Both the position numbers and the translations under genes were made by a program. The notes beneath the pieces were generated by a model. That model was given only the letters and a program-made list of their open reading frames with translations. It was not told the DNA's origin and did no database searches. Positions 1-9,804 of a stretch of DNA of 64,000 nt are shown here, one piece after another. Every line of letters begins with the position of its first letter. Position 1 is the first letter of the stretch. Source of the DNA: Berkelbacteria bacterium GW2011_GWE1_39_12 (GTDB lineage: Bacteria; Patescibacteriota; UBA1384; UBA12157); assembly GCA_001029735.1 (NCBI GenBank), contig CP011213.1:848298-912297 (forward strand), written 5' to 3'.

Positions 1-105
1 TCTAATGGTTGGACTATTGTAACAGCTGACGGATCGCCTTCGGCGCACTTTGAGCATACGATCGCAATCACAAAAAATGGCGCACAGGTGTTGACGAAAA
101 TTTAA
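1..105 (+). CDS. map: Methionine aminopeptidase, 3' end (partial)
   Basis: Frame 1 reads [34 protein letters not shown], the typical MAP C-terminal SAHFEHT motif; precedes infA. Confidence 0.9.
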   Translation, partial: SNGWTIVTADGSPSAHFEHTIAITKNGAQVLTKI

Positions 106-173
106 TTATGTGTTACTATTTATTTGTATTTATTACTTTTAAAACACAGATTTGAGTGAGTTGAGGTAGCCAG

Positions 174-386
174 TTGCATCAAGATAAATTAGTTTTTGAA
201 GGCCAAGTCACCGAGGCATTACCGAATGCTACTTTTAGAGTTGAGTTAGTAAACGGACAGGAAATTTGGGCTCATATTTCCGGCAAAATGAGAATGCATT
301 ATATTAAAATTTTAGCTGGAGATAAAGTTCAAGTTGAAATGTCACCCTATGATTTGACCAAGGGAAGAATTATTAGAAGAATGTAG
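174..386 (+). CDS. infA: Translation initiation factor IF-1
   Basis: [12 protein letters not shown]...[20 protein letters not shown] motif; TTG start. Confidence 0.97.
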   Translation: MHQDKLVFEGQVTEALPNATFRVELVNGQEIWAHISGKMRMHYIKILAGDKVQVEMSPYDLTKGRIIRRM

Positions 387-456
387 TAATAGCCTCGGAT
401 CATTTTTATCTATTTAACAATGACCCCGGCTTTATTTATATCATATAGAGGATTTA

Positions 457-570
457 ATGAAGGTTAGACCATCAGTTAAAAAAATTTGCCAGAAGTGTAA
501 AGTAATCCGAAGAAAAAATGTTATTCGGGTAATTTGTCAAAATCCAAAACACAAACAACGTCAAGGTTAA
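457..570 (+). CDS. rpmJ: 50S ribosomal protein L36 (below ORF-track cutoff)
   Basis: Hand translation [37 protein letters not shown]. Confidence 0.97.
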   Translation: MKVRPSVKKICQKCKVIRRKNVIRVICQNPKHKQRQG

Positions 571-585
571 TAACAGGAGTACCAT

Positions 586-972
586 ATGGCCCGTATTGCC
601 GGAGTAAACATCCCAGACAACAAACATGTAGAATATTCACTACCCTATATCAATGGGGTTGGTCTTTCGTTAGCTAAGAAAATCTGTGCTCAAGCAAACG
701 TGAAGTGCGGCACCAAAGTTTCCGATCTCACCACAACTGAAATTGACCGAATTCGCGAAGTTATCGATAAAAATTACAAGGTTGAAGGCGATTTGAAAAT
801 GGAAATCGCTCAAAATATTAAACGCTTAAAAGCAATCAGTTCATACCGCGGTTTAAGACACATGCGTAATTTGCCGGTTCACGGCCAACGCACTAAGACA
901 AATGCTCGCACAAAACGCGGCAAGAAAGTCACTGTTGGATCAGGCCGCAAGAAATCGGCTGAAAAGACATAA
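586..972 (+). CDS. rpsM: 30S ribosomal protein S13
   Basis: [10 protein letters not shown]...YRGLRH...[13 protein letters not shown]. Confidence 0.98.
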   Translation: MARIAGVNIPDNKHVEYSLPYINGVGLSLAKKICAQANVKCGTKVSDLTTTEIDRIREVIDKNYKVEGDLKMEIAQNIKRLKAISSYRGLRHMRNLPVHGQRTKTNARTKRGKKVTVGSGRKKSAEKT

Positions 973-1029
973 AATTTCTGACGAAATAAAGCAAGCTTGA
1001 TTCTGAAGAATTAATCTTAAAGGAAAAAT

Positions 1030-1413
1030 ATGGCTAAAGTAGTTAAAAAGAAAAAAACAATTCAAGAAGCAGCGAAAGCTATCATTAGCGTTCATTCTTC
1101 TTTTAATAACACGATTATCACTATTGCCGATGAAAATGGTAATAACTTGGCTTGGTCTTCGGCAGGGTCAAACGGATTTAAGGGAACCAAGAAATCTACT
1201 CCTTATGCCGCTCAAATTACCATGAAAAAAGCTCTTGATAACGCGCTTGCTTATAACATCAAGGAAGCTAAGGTTCGTGTTGCCGGCGTTGGTGCAGGTC
1301 GCGAATCTGCAGTTAGAGCTATTGGCGGAACAGGAATTAAAGTTACTAATATCAAAGATATCACACCGGTGCCACATAATGGATGCCGACAAAAGAAAAC
1401 GAGGAGAGTCTAA
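1030..1413 (+). CDS. rpsK: 30S ribosomal protein S11
   Basis: SFNNTIITI...KKSTPYAAQ...DITPVPHNGCR. Confidence 0.98.
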   Translation: MAKVVKKKKTIQEAAKAIISVHSSFNNTIITIADENGNNLAWSSAGSNGFKGTKKSTPYAAQITMKKALDNALAYNIKEAKVRVAGVGAGRESAVRAIGGTGIKVTNIKDITPVPHNGCRQKKTRRV

Positions 1414-2018
1414 TGGCTGGAAATGCTTGTCGAGAATGTCGCAAATTTGGTGAAAAATTATTTGTAAAAGGCGAACGCTGTGTCGGCCCAGGTTGTGCTT
1501 TGACTCGAAGAGTCAATGCACCTGGTACTTCTGGCAGTGCAAAAGCAGGCCAGTCAAGACGCCGCAAGAAATCTGAATATGGTATTCAGCTTCAAGAAAA
1601 GCAAAAAGCTAAATTCACTTATGGTATGCGAGAACGACAATTCCGTGCAGTTTACGAAAAGGCTGTTCGGGTTGGTGGTGTTACTGGTGAAGTTATGTTG
1701 CAAAACTTGGAACGAAGACTTGATAATATTCTTTACCGAGCAGGACTTGCATCGTCAAGACCACAGGCCAGACAAATGGTTGGCCATGGTCATGTTAAAA
1801 TTAACGATAAATTAGCCGATATTCCTTCAATGTTAGTTAACATTAAAGATGTTATTACTTTAACCAAGCCGGAATTAGCAGATGACAAAAATAAAGTTGT
1901 CGCTCCTGCCTGGATGAAAGTTAATAAAATGCAGGTCGAAATTAAAGCTTTCCCAAGACGTGAGGAAATTGAAACTCCGGTCGACGAACAATTAATTGTT
2001 GAATATTATTCAAGATAA
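1413..2018 (+). CDS. rpsD: 30S ribosomal protein S4 (Zn-ribbon form)
   Basis: CRECR...C N-terminus, SEYGIQLQEKQK, LERRLDN, LIVEYYSR; start taken at the ATG overlapping the rpsK stop. Confidence 0.97.
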   Translation: MAGNACRECRKFGEKLFVKGERCVGPGCALTRRVNAPGTSGSAKAGQSRRRKKSEYGIQLQEKQKAKFTYGMRERQFRAVYEKAVRVGGVTGEVMLQNLERRLDNILYRAGLASSRPQARQMVGHGHVKINDKLADIPSMLVNIKDVITLTKPELADDKNKVVAPAWMKVNKMQVEIKAFPRREEIETPVDEQLIVEYYSR

Positions 2019-2043
2019 CAAAAATATTAATATGGAGGTCCTT

Positions 2044-2856
2044 ATGGACTACATTTTACCAGAAACAAATTTAGTACAAATCAAAACCATGGAAAAACTT
2101 GGCAATAACGGACTTTTCGTTATTGAACCTTTGAGCCCAGGTTATGGCGTAACATTAGGCAACTCACTTCGAAGAGTATTGCTTTCTTCATTGGAAGGCG
2201 CAGCCATTACTTCAGTTAAGATTGATGGCGCTACTCATGAATTTGCCACCTTGCCAGGTGTCAGAGAAGACGTAGTTGAGATCATTTTAAACTTAAAATC
2301 ACTTCGTTTCAGAATGCACACTGACGAACCTGTAACCATGAAACTTTCGGTTAAGGGTCCAAAGGAAGTTAAAGCTGGTGATTTTGACAAAAATTCATCT
2401 TGCGAAGTTGTCGACGGAGAAGCTTTTATTGCTTCAGTTGGCAAAACTGGCAAATTGAGCCTTGAAGTCGTAGTTGAACGCGGTCGTGGCTATGTTCCGG
2501 TTGAACGACGCCGTGATGAAAAAATGCCATTAGGCACCATCGCTGTTGACTCGGTTTTTACTCCAGTTAAGAAAATTCATTATGAAGTAGAAAATACCCG
2601 TGTCGGCGGAATGACCAACTTCGATAAATTAACTTTAGAAATTGCTACTGATGGTTCAATTGATCCTGAACAAGCTCTTGAAAAAGCTTCAGGTATCTTA
2701 GTAGAACATTTGTCTTTAATGCAAAAAGCGTTCACCAGTGAAGAACCGGTTTTAGCACTTAAAGTAAAAAAGGCTAAGAAAGAACCAAAAGAAGAAGTTG
2801 AAGCCCCAGTTGAAGAAAAGAAAACCGTTAAAAAACCTGCCAAGAAAACCAAGTAA
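2044..2856 (+). CDS. rpoA: RNA polymerase alpha subunit (NTD only; K/E-rich tail instead of alpha-CTD)
   Basis: EPLSPGYGVTLGNSLRRVLLSSLEGAA, GRGYVP, TDGSIDP; GGAGG SD before ATG 2044. Confidence 0.96.
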   Translation: MDYILPETNLVQIKTMEKLGNNGLFVIEPLSPGYGVTLGNSLRRVLLSSLEGAAITSVKIDGATHEFATLPGVREDVVEIILNLKSLRFRMHTDEPVTMKLSVKGPKEVKAGDFDKNSSCEVVDGEAFIASVGKTGKLSLEVVVERGRGYVPVERRRDEKMPLGTIAVDSVFTPVKKIHYEVENTRVGGMTNFDKLTLEIATDGSIDPEQALEKASGILVEHLSLMQKAFTSEEPVLALKVKKAKKEPKEEVEAPVEEKKTVKKPAKKTK

Positions 2857-2894
2857 TCAATTTTGATTTAAACGAGTTAAATTAAGGAACATAG

Positions 2895-3383
2895 ATGAGA
2901 GCATTATCAAGAAAAAAAGCCAGTAGAGAATCACTTTTACGGAATTTAGCCACTTCCTTGGTTTTATATGAGCGAATTGAAACCACTGAAGCCAAGGCAA
3001 AAGAAGTAAAACCAGTTGTTGAACATCTTATCGCTCTTGCAAAGAAAAACGATTTAGCCGCCCGCAGACGACTTTTGGGATACTTTTTCGACAAAAATGC
3101 GACCAAGAAAGTATTGGAAGTATTAGTACCAAGATTCGCCAATCTGCAGAGTGGTTTTATTAAATCATACCGCAAAGGAGTTAGATTAGGCGACGGCGCT
3201 ATGATTATGATTTTGGAATTACGAAAAAGTGAAATTAAAGAAGAAATTAAAGAATTAAATACAGAAGGTAAAGATGGAACAGAAAAACATGCAAAAGCCA
3301 CAAAGCCAGCCGACAAAGAAGTCGGAGCTAAAGGCAACGCAGCAAACAATTCAAAACGAACCAAAGCCAACACAGCCAAATAA
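2895..3383 (+). CDS. rplQ: 50S ribosomal protein L17 with charged C-terminal tail
   Basis: LRNLATSLVLYERIETTEAKAKE...R.GDGA. Confidence 0.96.
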   Translation: MRALSRKKASRESLLRNLATSLVLYERIETTEAKAKEVKPVVEHLIALAKKNDLAARRRLLGYFFDKNATKKVLEVLVPRFANLQSGFIKSYRKGVRLGDGAMIMILELRKSEIKEEIKELNTEGKDGTEKHAKATKPADKEVGAKGNAANNSKRTKANTAK

Positions 3384-3732
3384 AAAAATTGAGACCAAAG
3401 AATTTGACGCAGCTGGTCAAGTCGTTGGAAGATTAGCAACCGAAATTGCCGATACTCTTCGTGGTAAGAAGAAACCATCTTTCAGACCATATTTATCAAT
3501 GGGTGATAAGGTTGTTGTTAACAACGCTTCAAAAATTGTCTTAACCGGCAATAAAGTTGAGCAAAAAGTTTATCATCACCATACTGGTTATCTAGGCCAT
3601 CTTAAAACAGTTACAGCCAAAGAATTGATGGTTAAGAACCCTGGTGAAATCCTAAAGAAAGCCGTTTACGGAATGTTGCCAAAGAACAAGCTTCGTGATG
3701 GCTGGATGAAGAACTTAACGATCAATAATTAA
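3274..3732 (+). CDS. rplM: 50S ribosomal protein L13 (start uncertain; overlaps rplQ)
   Basis: DAAGQVVGRLATEIA..LRGKKKP, GDKVVV.NA, YHHHTGYLG, AVYGMLPKN. Confidence 0.95.
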   Translation: MEQKNMQKPQSQPTKKSELKATQQTIQNEPKPTQPNKKIETKEFDAAGQVVGRLATEIADTLRGKKKPSFRPYLSMGDKVVVNNASKIVLTGNKVEQKVYHHHTGYLGHLKTVTAKELMVKNPGEILKKAVYGMLPKNKLRDGWMKNLTINN

Positions 3733-3756
3733 CCCTTCACAGGATAAAGGAAATAT

Positions 3757-4170
3757 ATGCCAAAAGAGATTACAGAAATAAAAGAAACAATCGTCAAATC
3801 CAAAAACTACTGGTATGCTTTGGGACGCAGAAAAACTGCTATTGCCAAGGTAAAGTTAGTCAAAGGAACTGGCAAAGTAACTGTTAACGACAAAGAATTG
3901 GCCCAACCAAGCCGAGTTTATCTCGAACCGTTAAAGGTTACCGGCAAAGATAAAGAATTAGACATTTTTGCTAAGGTTTACGGTGGTGGCACAGTGGCTC
4001 AATTAGATGCAATCCGTTTAGGAATTGCTCGAGCCTTAGATAAATTCGATGGCGAACTCCATAAAACGTTAAAAGTTGAAGGTTTCCTTACTCGTGACGG
4101 AAGAATGAAAGAACGAAAGAAACCAGGTCTCAAAGGCGCTCGTAAGGCTCCACAATGGGCAAAACGTTAA
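3757..4170 (+). CDS. rpsI: 30S ribosomal protein S9
   Basis: GRRKTAIA, GGG..AQ.DAIRLGIARAL, ERKKPGLKGARKAPQWAKR. Confidence 0.98.
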   Translation: MPKEITEIKETIVKSKNYWYALGRRKTAIAKVKLVKGTGKVTVNDKELAQPSRVYLEPLKVTGKDKELDIFAKVYGGGTVAQLDAIRLGIARALDKFDGELHKTLKVEGFLTRDGRMKERKKPGLKGARKAPQWAKR

Positions 4171-4190
4171 TATTTGTATCGTAGATACAC

Positions 4191-4224
4191 AAAAGGGCAC
4201 AGCAATGTGTCTTTTTGTTTTTTT
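4191..4224 (+). terminator. Intrinsic terminator of the r-protein operon
   Basis: AAAAGGGCAC-AGCAAT-GTGTCTTTTT stem-loop followed by T-run after rpsI. Confidence 0.7.
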
Positions 4225-4272
4225 AGTGAATTTTCCTTTGCAAATTAACCATATATTTGATAAAATATAAAC

Positions 4273-4614
4273 ATGAGCACAAGAAGAGTTGAAAAAGTAT
4301 CTGCCCTTTTAAAAAGAGAGCTTTCAGAGCTAATTAGGAATGATCTTTCAGAACAATTTGGCTTGATTACTATAATGGATATTGATATAACTCCAGATTT
4401 TAAAGATGCGAAGGTTTACATCTCAATTTTTAATACTGAAGAAGAAGATAAAATTTTAAAAACACTCGAAGGAAAAACTCGCGCTTATCAAAAGGTATTA
4501 GGGGATAAGCTAAGAATGAAATTTACTCCTCACCTAACCTTTAAAACAGACAATTACCAAGAAAAAGTTGATCGCGTTGACGAATTATTAAAGGAAATTG
4601 ACCATGGGTCTTAG
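4273..4614 (+). CDS. rbfA: Ribosome-binding factor A
   Basis: RRVEKV..LLKRELS, ITPDFKDAKVYIS, LRMKFTPHLTF. Confidence 0.92.
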   Translation: MSTRRVEKVSALLKRELSELIRNDLSEQFGLITIMDIDITPDFKDAKVYISIFNTEEEDKILKTLEGKTRAYQKVLGDKLRMKFTPHLTFKTDNYQEKVDRVDELLKEIDHGS

Positions 4615-4975
4615 ATTATACTTATTTAGTCTTTACTCAGTCGCGATTTTATCGTTGGGACTTTGGATTTTATTGATTATTAACGTTAATCCATTTTCCG
4701 CACCTTCTTGGATAATAGTTTTAGTATATACTCTTCTTTTTTGTTTTTTTACTGGGCTATTTGCTATCATTGGTTTTTATTTAAAAGTTTGGTTATCAAA
4801 CCGGGAAGTCATATTTTCCCATTTAATGCCAACGCTTCGACAAAGCGCTTTGATTGCTTTTTCGGTGGTTGGCTTAATCTTCCTGATACAGGTTAAATCA
4901 CTTAATTGGTGGATTGCGTGTTTATTTATAATTGCAGTAATAATGTTAGAATTATTTTTTAGGAGTAAAAAATGA
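4604..4975 (+). CDS. Hypothetical 4-TM membrane protein
   Basis: Four hydrophobic segments; translationally coupled between rbfA and pheS. Confidence 0.75.
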   Translation: MGLRLYLFSLYSVAILSLGLWILLIINVNPFSAPSWIIVLVYTLLFCFFTGLFAIIGFYLKVWLSNREVIFSHLMPTLRQSALIAFSVVGLIFLIQVKSLNWWIACLFIIAVIMLELFFRSKK

Positions 4976-5658
4976 AGGGACACTTACACCCACTAACTCA
5001 AATGCTTAGAGTATCATTGAAATATTTTGAAGACAGAGGATTTACAATCGCCGAAGGGCCGGAGATTGAAACAGAATGGTTTAATTTTGATGCTTTAAAC
5101 GTATCTGCGGATCATCCATCCCGAGATGTTCAGGATACATTTTGGTTAAATGACGGGCGTCTACTTAGGACTCATACAACCCCGGTAGATGTAAGAGCTA
5201 TTAAAGAAAGCAACCTGAAACCGCCTTTAAAACTAGTCATTCCTGGGCGATGCTTTAGAAATGAGGCGACCGATAATACCCACCTATACAATTTCTATCA
5301 AATCGATGGAATTGCGATAGGTAAAGATTTAAATTTGAGCGATTTAATCGGTCTTTTAGAAGGCTACGTAAAGGAATTATTCGGCGATACAGTTAAGACG
5401 CGTGTCAGACCTGGTCATTTCTCTTTCGTTGAGCCTGGATTAGAACTTGATATCCAAATGCCGGATGGGTCATGGCGAGAAATGCTGGGCGCTGGCATGG
5501 GCCACCCTAATGTACTAAAAAACATGGATTTAGATCCAAACGAATGGCAAGCTATTATGTGGGGTATGGGTATAGATCGGTATATGATGCAGCAATTTGG
5601 TTTAGACGATATTAGAACCGCATATAATGGTGATTTAAGACTCTTAAAGCAATTTTAA
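4972..5658 (+). CDS. pheS: Phenylalanine-tRNA ligase alpha subunit (N-terminal arm absent)
   Basis: GHLHP, NFDALN..DHPSRDVQDTF, LRTHT, FRNE..D.TH, F.FVEP, GMGIDR. Confidence 0.95.
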   Translation: MKGHLHPLTQMLRVSLKYFEDRGFTIAEGPEIETEWFNFDALNVSADHPSRDVQDTFWLNDGRLLRTHTTPVDVRAIKESNLKPPLKLVIPGRCFRNEATDNTHLYNFYQIDGIAIGKDLNLSDLIGLLEGYVKELFGDTVKTRVRPGHFSFVEPGLELDIQMPDGSWREMLGAGMGHPNVLKNMDLDPNEWQAIMWGMGIDRYMMQQFGLDDIRTAYNGDLRLLKQF

Positions 5659-5670
5659 GGATAAAAAATC

Positions 5671-7566
5671 ATGAAAATACTACTCTCTTGGTTAAAAGAT
5701 TATGTACAATTTGATAAATCTGCTGATGAACTTGCCGAAGATCTAAGCATGTTTGCTCATGAAGTCGAATCAATTAAAAAATATGGCGACGATTTTGTCT
5801 TAGATTTAGAAATCACACCAAACCGTGGTGATTGTCTTTCTCATTTAGGCATCGCTCGACAAATTTCTGCCATGTATGATAAAAGCTTGAATATCCCAGA
5901 AATTGAGATTGACGACGTAGAATTATCAAAAAACATTAAAGTCGTTATTGAAAAACAGAGTATTTGTCCTCGATTTACTGCAAGAATTATCGACAATGTC
6001 TCTATTAAAGAATCGCCAAAATGGCTTCAGGAAAGAATTACTGCTTATGGTTTTAGACCGATTAACAATATTGTCGACATAACAAATTACGCGATGATCG
6101 ATGCCGGTCAACCGCTCCACGCCTTTGATTACGACAAGATTAAGTACGGCTTAATGAGAATCCGGCTTTCAAAAGATGGTGAAAAAGTTACAACATTGGA
6201 TGGTAAAGAAAGATTCTTACCAAGCGAAGCCATCATTATTGAAGACGAAGAGAAAATTTTTGACCTAGCTGGCATTATGGGTGGCCAAGCATCTGAAGTC
6301 ACAAACGACACTAAAACAATCGTATTAGTTGGCTCTGTTTTTGATCCAATTTTAATTAGAAGAGCTTCAAAAAAACTTCATCATCAAACTGATGCATCTT
6401 ATCGTTACGAGCGAGGGGTAGATTTCGAAGGTTCCGTGTATGGCGTTAATTTAGCGGCAAATTTGATTAAGGAAACCGCACCCGATGCCGCAGTTGGTAA
6501 ATTAATTGACAAAAAACAAGTCGAATCAGATAAACAAACGGTTGATTTTACTTACGATCAAATTAACCGCTTGATTGGCACAAACCTAGACAAAGCTGCA
6601 ATCGATTCGTATTTAACTAGATTACATTTTAAAGTCGAAAGTGATACTGTGTACGTTCCATCATTTAGATGGTACGATGTAAAAATTTGGCAAGATTTAG
6701 CCGAAGAGGTAGCAAGAGTATTTGGTTATAATAGTATTTCTAGAAATACTCCTGCGCTGGCTACTAATATTACACAAAACAAAGAATGGATGAAAAGAGA
6801 ATCGGCTAAAGATTACTTAAAAGAAAAAGGCTTTACCGAAGTTTATGCAACATCTTTTTCAAACAAGGATAAAATTGTTTTACTAGGTTATAACTTAGAG
6901 AATTGTGTAAGAATCATTAACCCAATTGCACCGGAAACTGAGTTTTTAAGACCGAGCCTTTCTGTGTCGCTGCTTTCTGCAGCCGCTAAAAATCCTTGGT
7001 CGCCTGATTTGAATATTTTTGAAGTTGCTAAAGTGTTTGATATAAAAAAAGAATATTGGCAAATTGGTATTCTTTCGGCTGGGAAAAATACCAAAACTTT
7101 GCAAGAAATAATCAATGGCTTAAACGTAAAAGCTCAAGTCGCACAAGTTGACCAAAACATCCTTGATGCGTTTAAAATTCGAAGACCAATCAATATGGTA
7201 ATTTTCAATTCAGACGAACTTCCTGAAAATAATCAAGAAATTAATTATGAAGTCTCACAAAATAAATTACGAGATATTTCAAAATTTGCACCGACAATCA
7301 GAGATATTTCTATTATAGTTAACGCTGACATTGAGTCAAATGAGATAGAAAAAGCGATTACAGCGGCATCTAGCGCCGTGCTTTTCGCAGAAAAGTTTGA
7401 TGAATTTGTTTCAGACAAATTTGGTTTAAATAAAAAAAGTTTAGCATTTCATATTTGGCTTCAGAACAAAACAGATGTCGTATCTGAATCTGAGGCAAAT
7501 AATGAGATAGATTGTATTGTAAAATCGTTACAAGCTTCATTCAAAGCTGAACAAAGAACTCAATAA
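5671..7566 (+). CDS. pheT: Phenylalanine-tRNA ligase beta subunit (lacks B2 OB-fold)
   Basis: SWLKDY, ITPNRGDCLS, INNIVDITNY, GQPLHAFD, RYERGVD, DLAEEVARVFGY, C-terminal FDX-ACB RDISI...KKSLAF. Confidence 0.95.
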   Translation: MKILLSWLKDYVQFDKSADELAEDLSMFAHEVESIKKYGDDFVLDLEITPNRGDCLSHLGIARQISAMYDKSLNIPEIEIDDVELSKNIKVVIEKQSICPRFTARIIDNVSIKESPKWLQERITAYGFRPINNIVDITNYAMIDAGQPLHAFDYDKIKYGLMRIRLSKDGEKVTTLDGKERFLPSEAIIIEDEEKIFDLAGIMGGQASEVTNDTKTIVLVGSVFDPILIRRASKKLHHQTDASYRYERGVDFEGSVYGVNLAANLIKETAPDAAVGKLIDKKQVESDKQTVDFTYDQINRLIGTNLDKAAIDSYLTRLHFKVESDTVYVPSFRWYDVKIWQDLAEEVARVFGYNSISRNTPALATNITQNKEWMKRESAKDYLKEKGFTEVYATSFSNKDKIVLLGYNLENCVRIINPIAPETEFLRPSLSVSLLSAAAKNPWSPDLNIFEVAKVFDIKKEYWQIGILSAGKNTKTLQEIINGLNVKAQVAQVDQNILDAFKIRRPINMVIFNSDELPENNQEINYEVSQNKLRDISKFAPTIRDISIIVNADIESNEIEKAITAASSAVLFAEKFDEFVSDKFGLNKKSLAFHIWLQNKTDVVSESEANNEIDCIVKSLQASFKAEQRTQ

Positions 7567-7654
7567 ATATTTCTACTACTTGACGGCCGTTTGCATAGTG
7601 TGCTAAATTATAGTGTACTGATTTAGCAAGTTAAATTGAAATGCAGGAGAAAAA

Positions 7655-8365
7655 ATGTCATTATCAACTATGCAAGAAATTTTAGTTTTGCTCGAAGACG
7701 AAAAGCAAGTCCCTATGTACCGTCTGAATCGATGGGGAAGACCGGCTCGTGGGGCTTTAGCCAAGATGAAAAGTTTAGGCTATGTAACAAAAATTAAAGA
7801 CGGCGATGAGGACTTTTATAAAATCACTGAAAAAGGTGAAGCTTTTTTTGATAAATCTTTAGCACCTTTGAAAGACAATGCCAAATGGGATATGAAATGG
7901 CGCCTTGTTATGTTTGATATTCCTGAAACTGAACGAGGAAATCGTGATAAATTACGAAGAGCATTGACTGATATTGGCCTTGGCATTCTTCAAGCCAGCG
8001 TCTGGATTTCATCTATTGATATAAAAACCGATATCGATAAAATTACTAAGAACTTAAACTTGGGTAGTTCGATTAAATTTTTTGAGGTTACTTCAACTCC
8101 GTCATTAAATAGACAAATAATTAACAAAGCATGGAATTTGCCAGAAATTAATCTCTCGTTAGAACGTTTTATTAAAGAATCAGAGAGGGCACTCAAAGGG
8201 ATGGGAAAGGGTAACGGAGATCGCTATAACGCAAAGAAACTAATTTTTGAGTATGCTACTATACTAAAAAAAGACCCAAAGCTGCCTCTGGAATTTGTAG
8301 AACAAGATGAACTCAGAAAAAGTGCGAGAGAAACTTATCTTAAACTAAGAAAGCGTATTGTTTAA
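7655..8365 (+). CDS. PaaX-family transcriptional regulator (wHTH + Cas2-like central domain + PaaX C-terminus)
   Basis: YKITEKG wing, WD.KWRLVMFDIPE..R..RD.LR..L...G.G.LQ.SVWIS, DP.LP.E. Confidence 0.8.
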   Translation: MSLSTMQEILVLLEDEKQVPMYRLNRWGRPARGALAKMKSLGYVTKIKDGDEDFYKITEKGEAFFDKSLAPLKDNAKWDMKWRLVMFDIPETERGNRDKLRRALTDIGLGILQASVWISSIDIKTDIDKITKNLNLGSSIKFFEVTSTPSLNRQIINKAWNLPEINLSLERFIKESERALKGMGKGNGDRYNAKKLIFEYATILKKDPKLPLEFVEQDELRKSARETYLKLRKRIV

Positions 8366-9064
8366 GGCCTTTTTAGAAATTTCTGCCCAACTCTCCAAGG
8401 CGGCTGCAGCAGCTGATGCTTCGGCGGCTTGCTTTGACGAACCGGTGCCTTCGCTGATCTTCTGATCATCTACAAAGCAACCAACGACAAAAACTTTGTT
8501 ATGATCTGGCCCTGTTTCTTCTAGAACTTTGTAATTTGGAGTTTTGCCTAACTCAGCCTGAGAGAGTTCTTGCAGATGACTCTTCGGATCCATATAAAGC
8601 TTTTCATCAATTACATTTTTGAGTCTTTTTAATAAAATATTTGCAATAAATTTTTTAACAACGTCATAACCTTGATCAAGATAGATTGCGCCGATTAACG
8701 CTTCAAAAGCATTTGCTAAAATAATCTGTCTGGCTTTGCCCTCTGATTTTGCTTCACCTTTAGAAAGTAAAAGATAACAGTTTAATTCAAGTTCTGAGGC
8801 TAGGTCAGAAAGCATTTTCCCTTTGACCAAGGCAGAGCGAATATTGGTCAGTTCGCCTTCTGGATTAGGCAGTTTACGATATAAATCTTCAGTTACCACT
8901 AATTCCAAAACAGCATCTCCAAGAAATTCTAATCTTTCATTATGATCTAATTTAAAACCGGGATTTTCATTCAAATAAGAACGATGAACAAAAACTTGCG
9001 TTAACAAGTCTTTGTCATTAAAGTTTATATCAATTTTTTTTTCTAATTCTGGTAAATTATTCAT
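8345..9064 (-). CDS. rnc: Ribonuclease III
   Basis: HRSY, NERLEFLGDAVLEL, EALIGAIYLD, dsRBD DPKSHLQE; start moved to ATG 9064. Confidence 0.97.
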   Translation of the reverse strand: MNNLPELEKKIDINFNDKDLLTQVFVHRSYLNENPGFKLDHNERLEFLGDAVLELVVTEDLYRKLPNPEGELTNIRSALVKGKMLSDLASELELNCYLLLSKGEAKSEGKARQIILANAFEALIGAIYLDQGYDVVKKFIANILLKRLKNVIDEKLYMDPKSHLQELSQAELGKTPNYKVLEETGPDHNKVFVVGCFVDDQKISEGTGSSKQAAEASAAAAALESWAEISKKALNNTLS

Positions 9065-9503
9065 CTTTTTTAAGTTCTTTCTCGTCCTGAGTTGGATCGT
9101 ATTTAGGCGATTTTCGGTATACAGTACCAAGTACACCATTAATAAACTTTGAGGAGTTCTCTCCGCCAAATGTTTTACCTAATTCCACAGCTTCATTAAT
9201 AGCTACCTTGGGAGGGATGTCTTCGGAAAAAAGAATTTCAAAAATAGCAATTCTTAAAATTGTTTTATCTATTGCCGAAATTTGCTCAAGAGGCCATTCA
9301 GGAGCTGCTTCAGTAATAAGCTTATCTTCTTGTTCGATATTCTTTATTACTCCTGAAATTGTGTTATCAATAAACTCTTTATCAGCGTCTTCGTTATAGT
9401 TCTCTATATTTCTTTGCTTTATTTCCTCTAAAGCAGCATCCGGGCGAAAATCCCATTCATAGAGGGACTGCATAATGATTACGCGTGATAAATGTCTATT
9501 CAT
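9057..9503 (-). CDS. nusB: Transcription antitermination factor NusB
   Basis: R...MQ.LYEW, IDKTILRIA, PPKVAINEAVELGK.FG...S.KFINGVL. Confidence 0.96.
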   Translation of the reverse strand: MNRHLSRVIIMQSLYEWDFRPDAALEEIKQRNIENYNEDADKEFIDNTISGVIKNIEQEDKLITEAAPEWPLEQISAIDKTILRIAIFEILFSEDIPPKVAINEAVELGKTFGGENSSKFINGVLGTVYRKSPKYDPTQDEKELKKDE

Positions 9504-9729
9504 TGGTTTTTTCTTCTTCCTCTTTGCGTCTTGCGGCTTTAGCTTGTTCTTTTTTTTCTAATTCCATAACATCGTTTCCGTTATAGAAACCACACTTTGA
9601 ACATACTTGGTGTGAAGGAACGACCGCTTTGCATTTTGGACATTCAGTTAACTTTTTTGCTTTGTGAGCGAGGTGACTTCTTCGTGCACCAGATCGAGCA
9701 CTAGTTAACCGTTTCTTTGGCTCTGCCAT
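9496..9729 (-). CDS. rpmF: 50S ribosomal protein L32
   Basis: MAEPKKR.T.AR...RRSH, CPKC...HQVCSKCGFY. Confidence 0.95.
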   Translation of the reverse strand: MAEPKKRLTSARSGARRSHLAHKAKKLTECPKCKAVVPSHQVCSKCGFYNGNDVMELEKKEQAKAARRKEEEEKTNE

Positions 9730-9804
9730 TATATTTTCTTTCTAGAGAATTCCGCGACAAGCATAGGCTTGTCTATTTTTCTCCGTTTTATTAAGTTTAC
9801 TTAT

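Noticed and set aside
7655-8365. Cas2-like motif (VMFDIPE...LQ.SVW) suggesting a CRISPR-Cas locus
   Set aside because: It is the central domain of a PaaX-type regulator with N-terminal wHTH; no cas1 or array in the window
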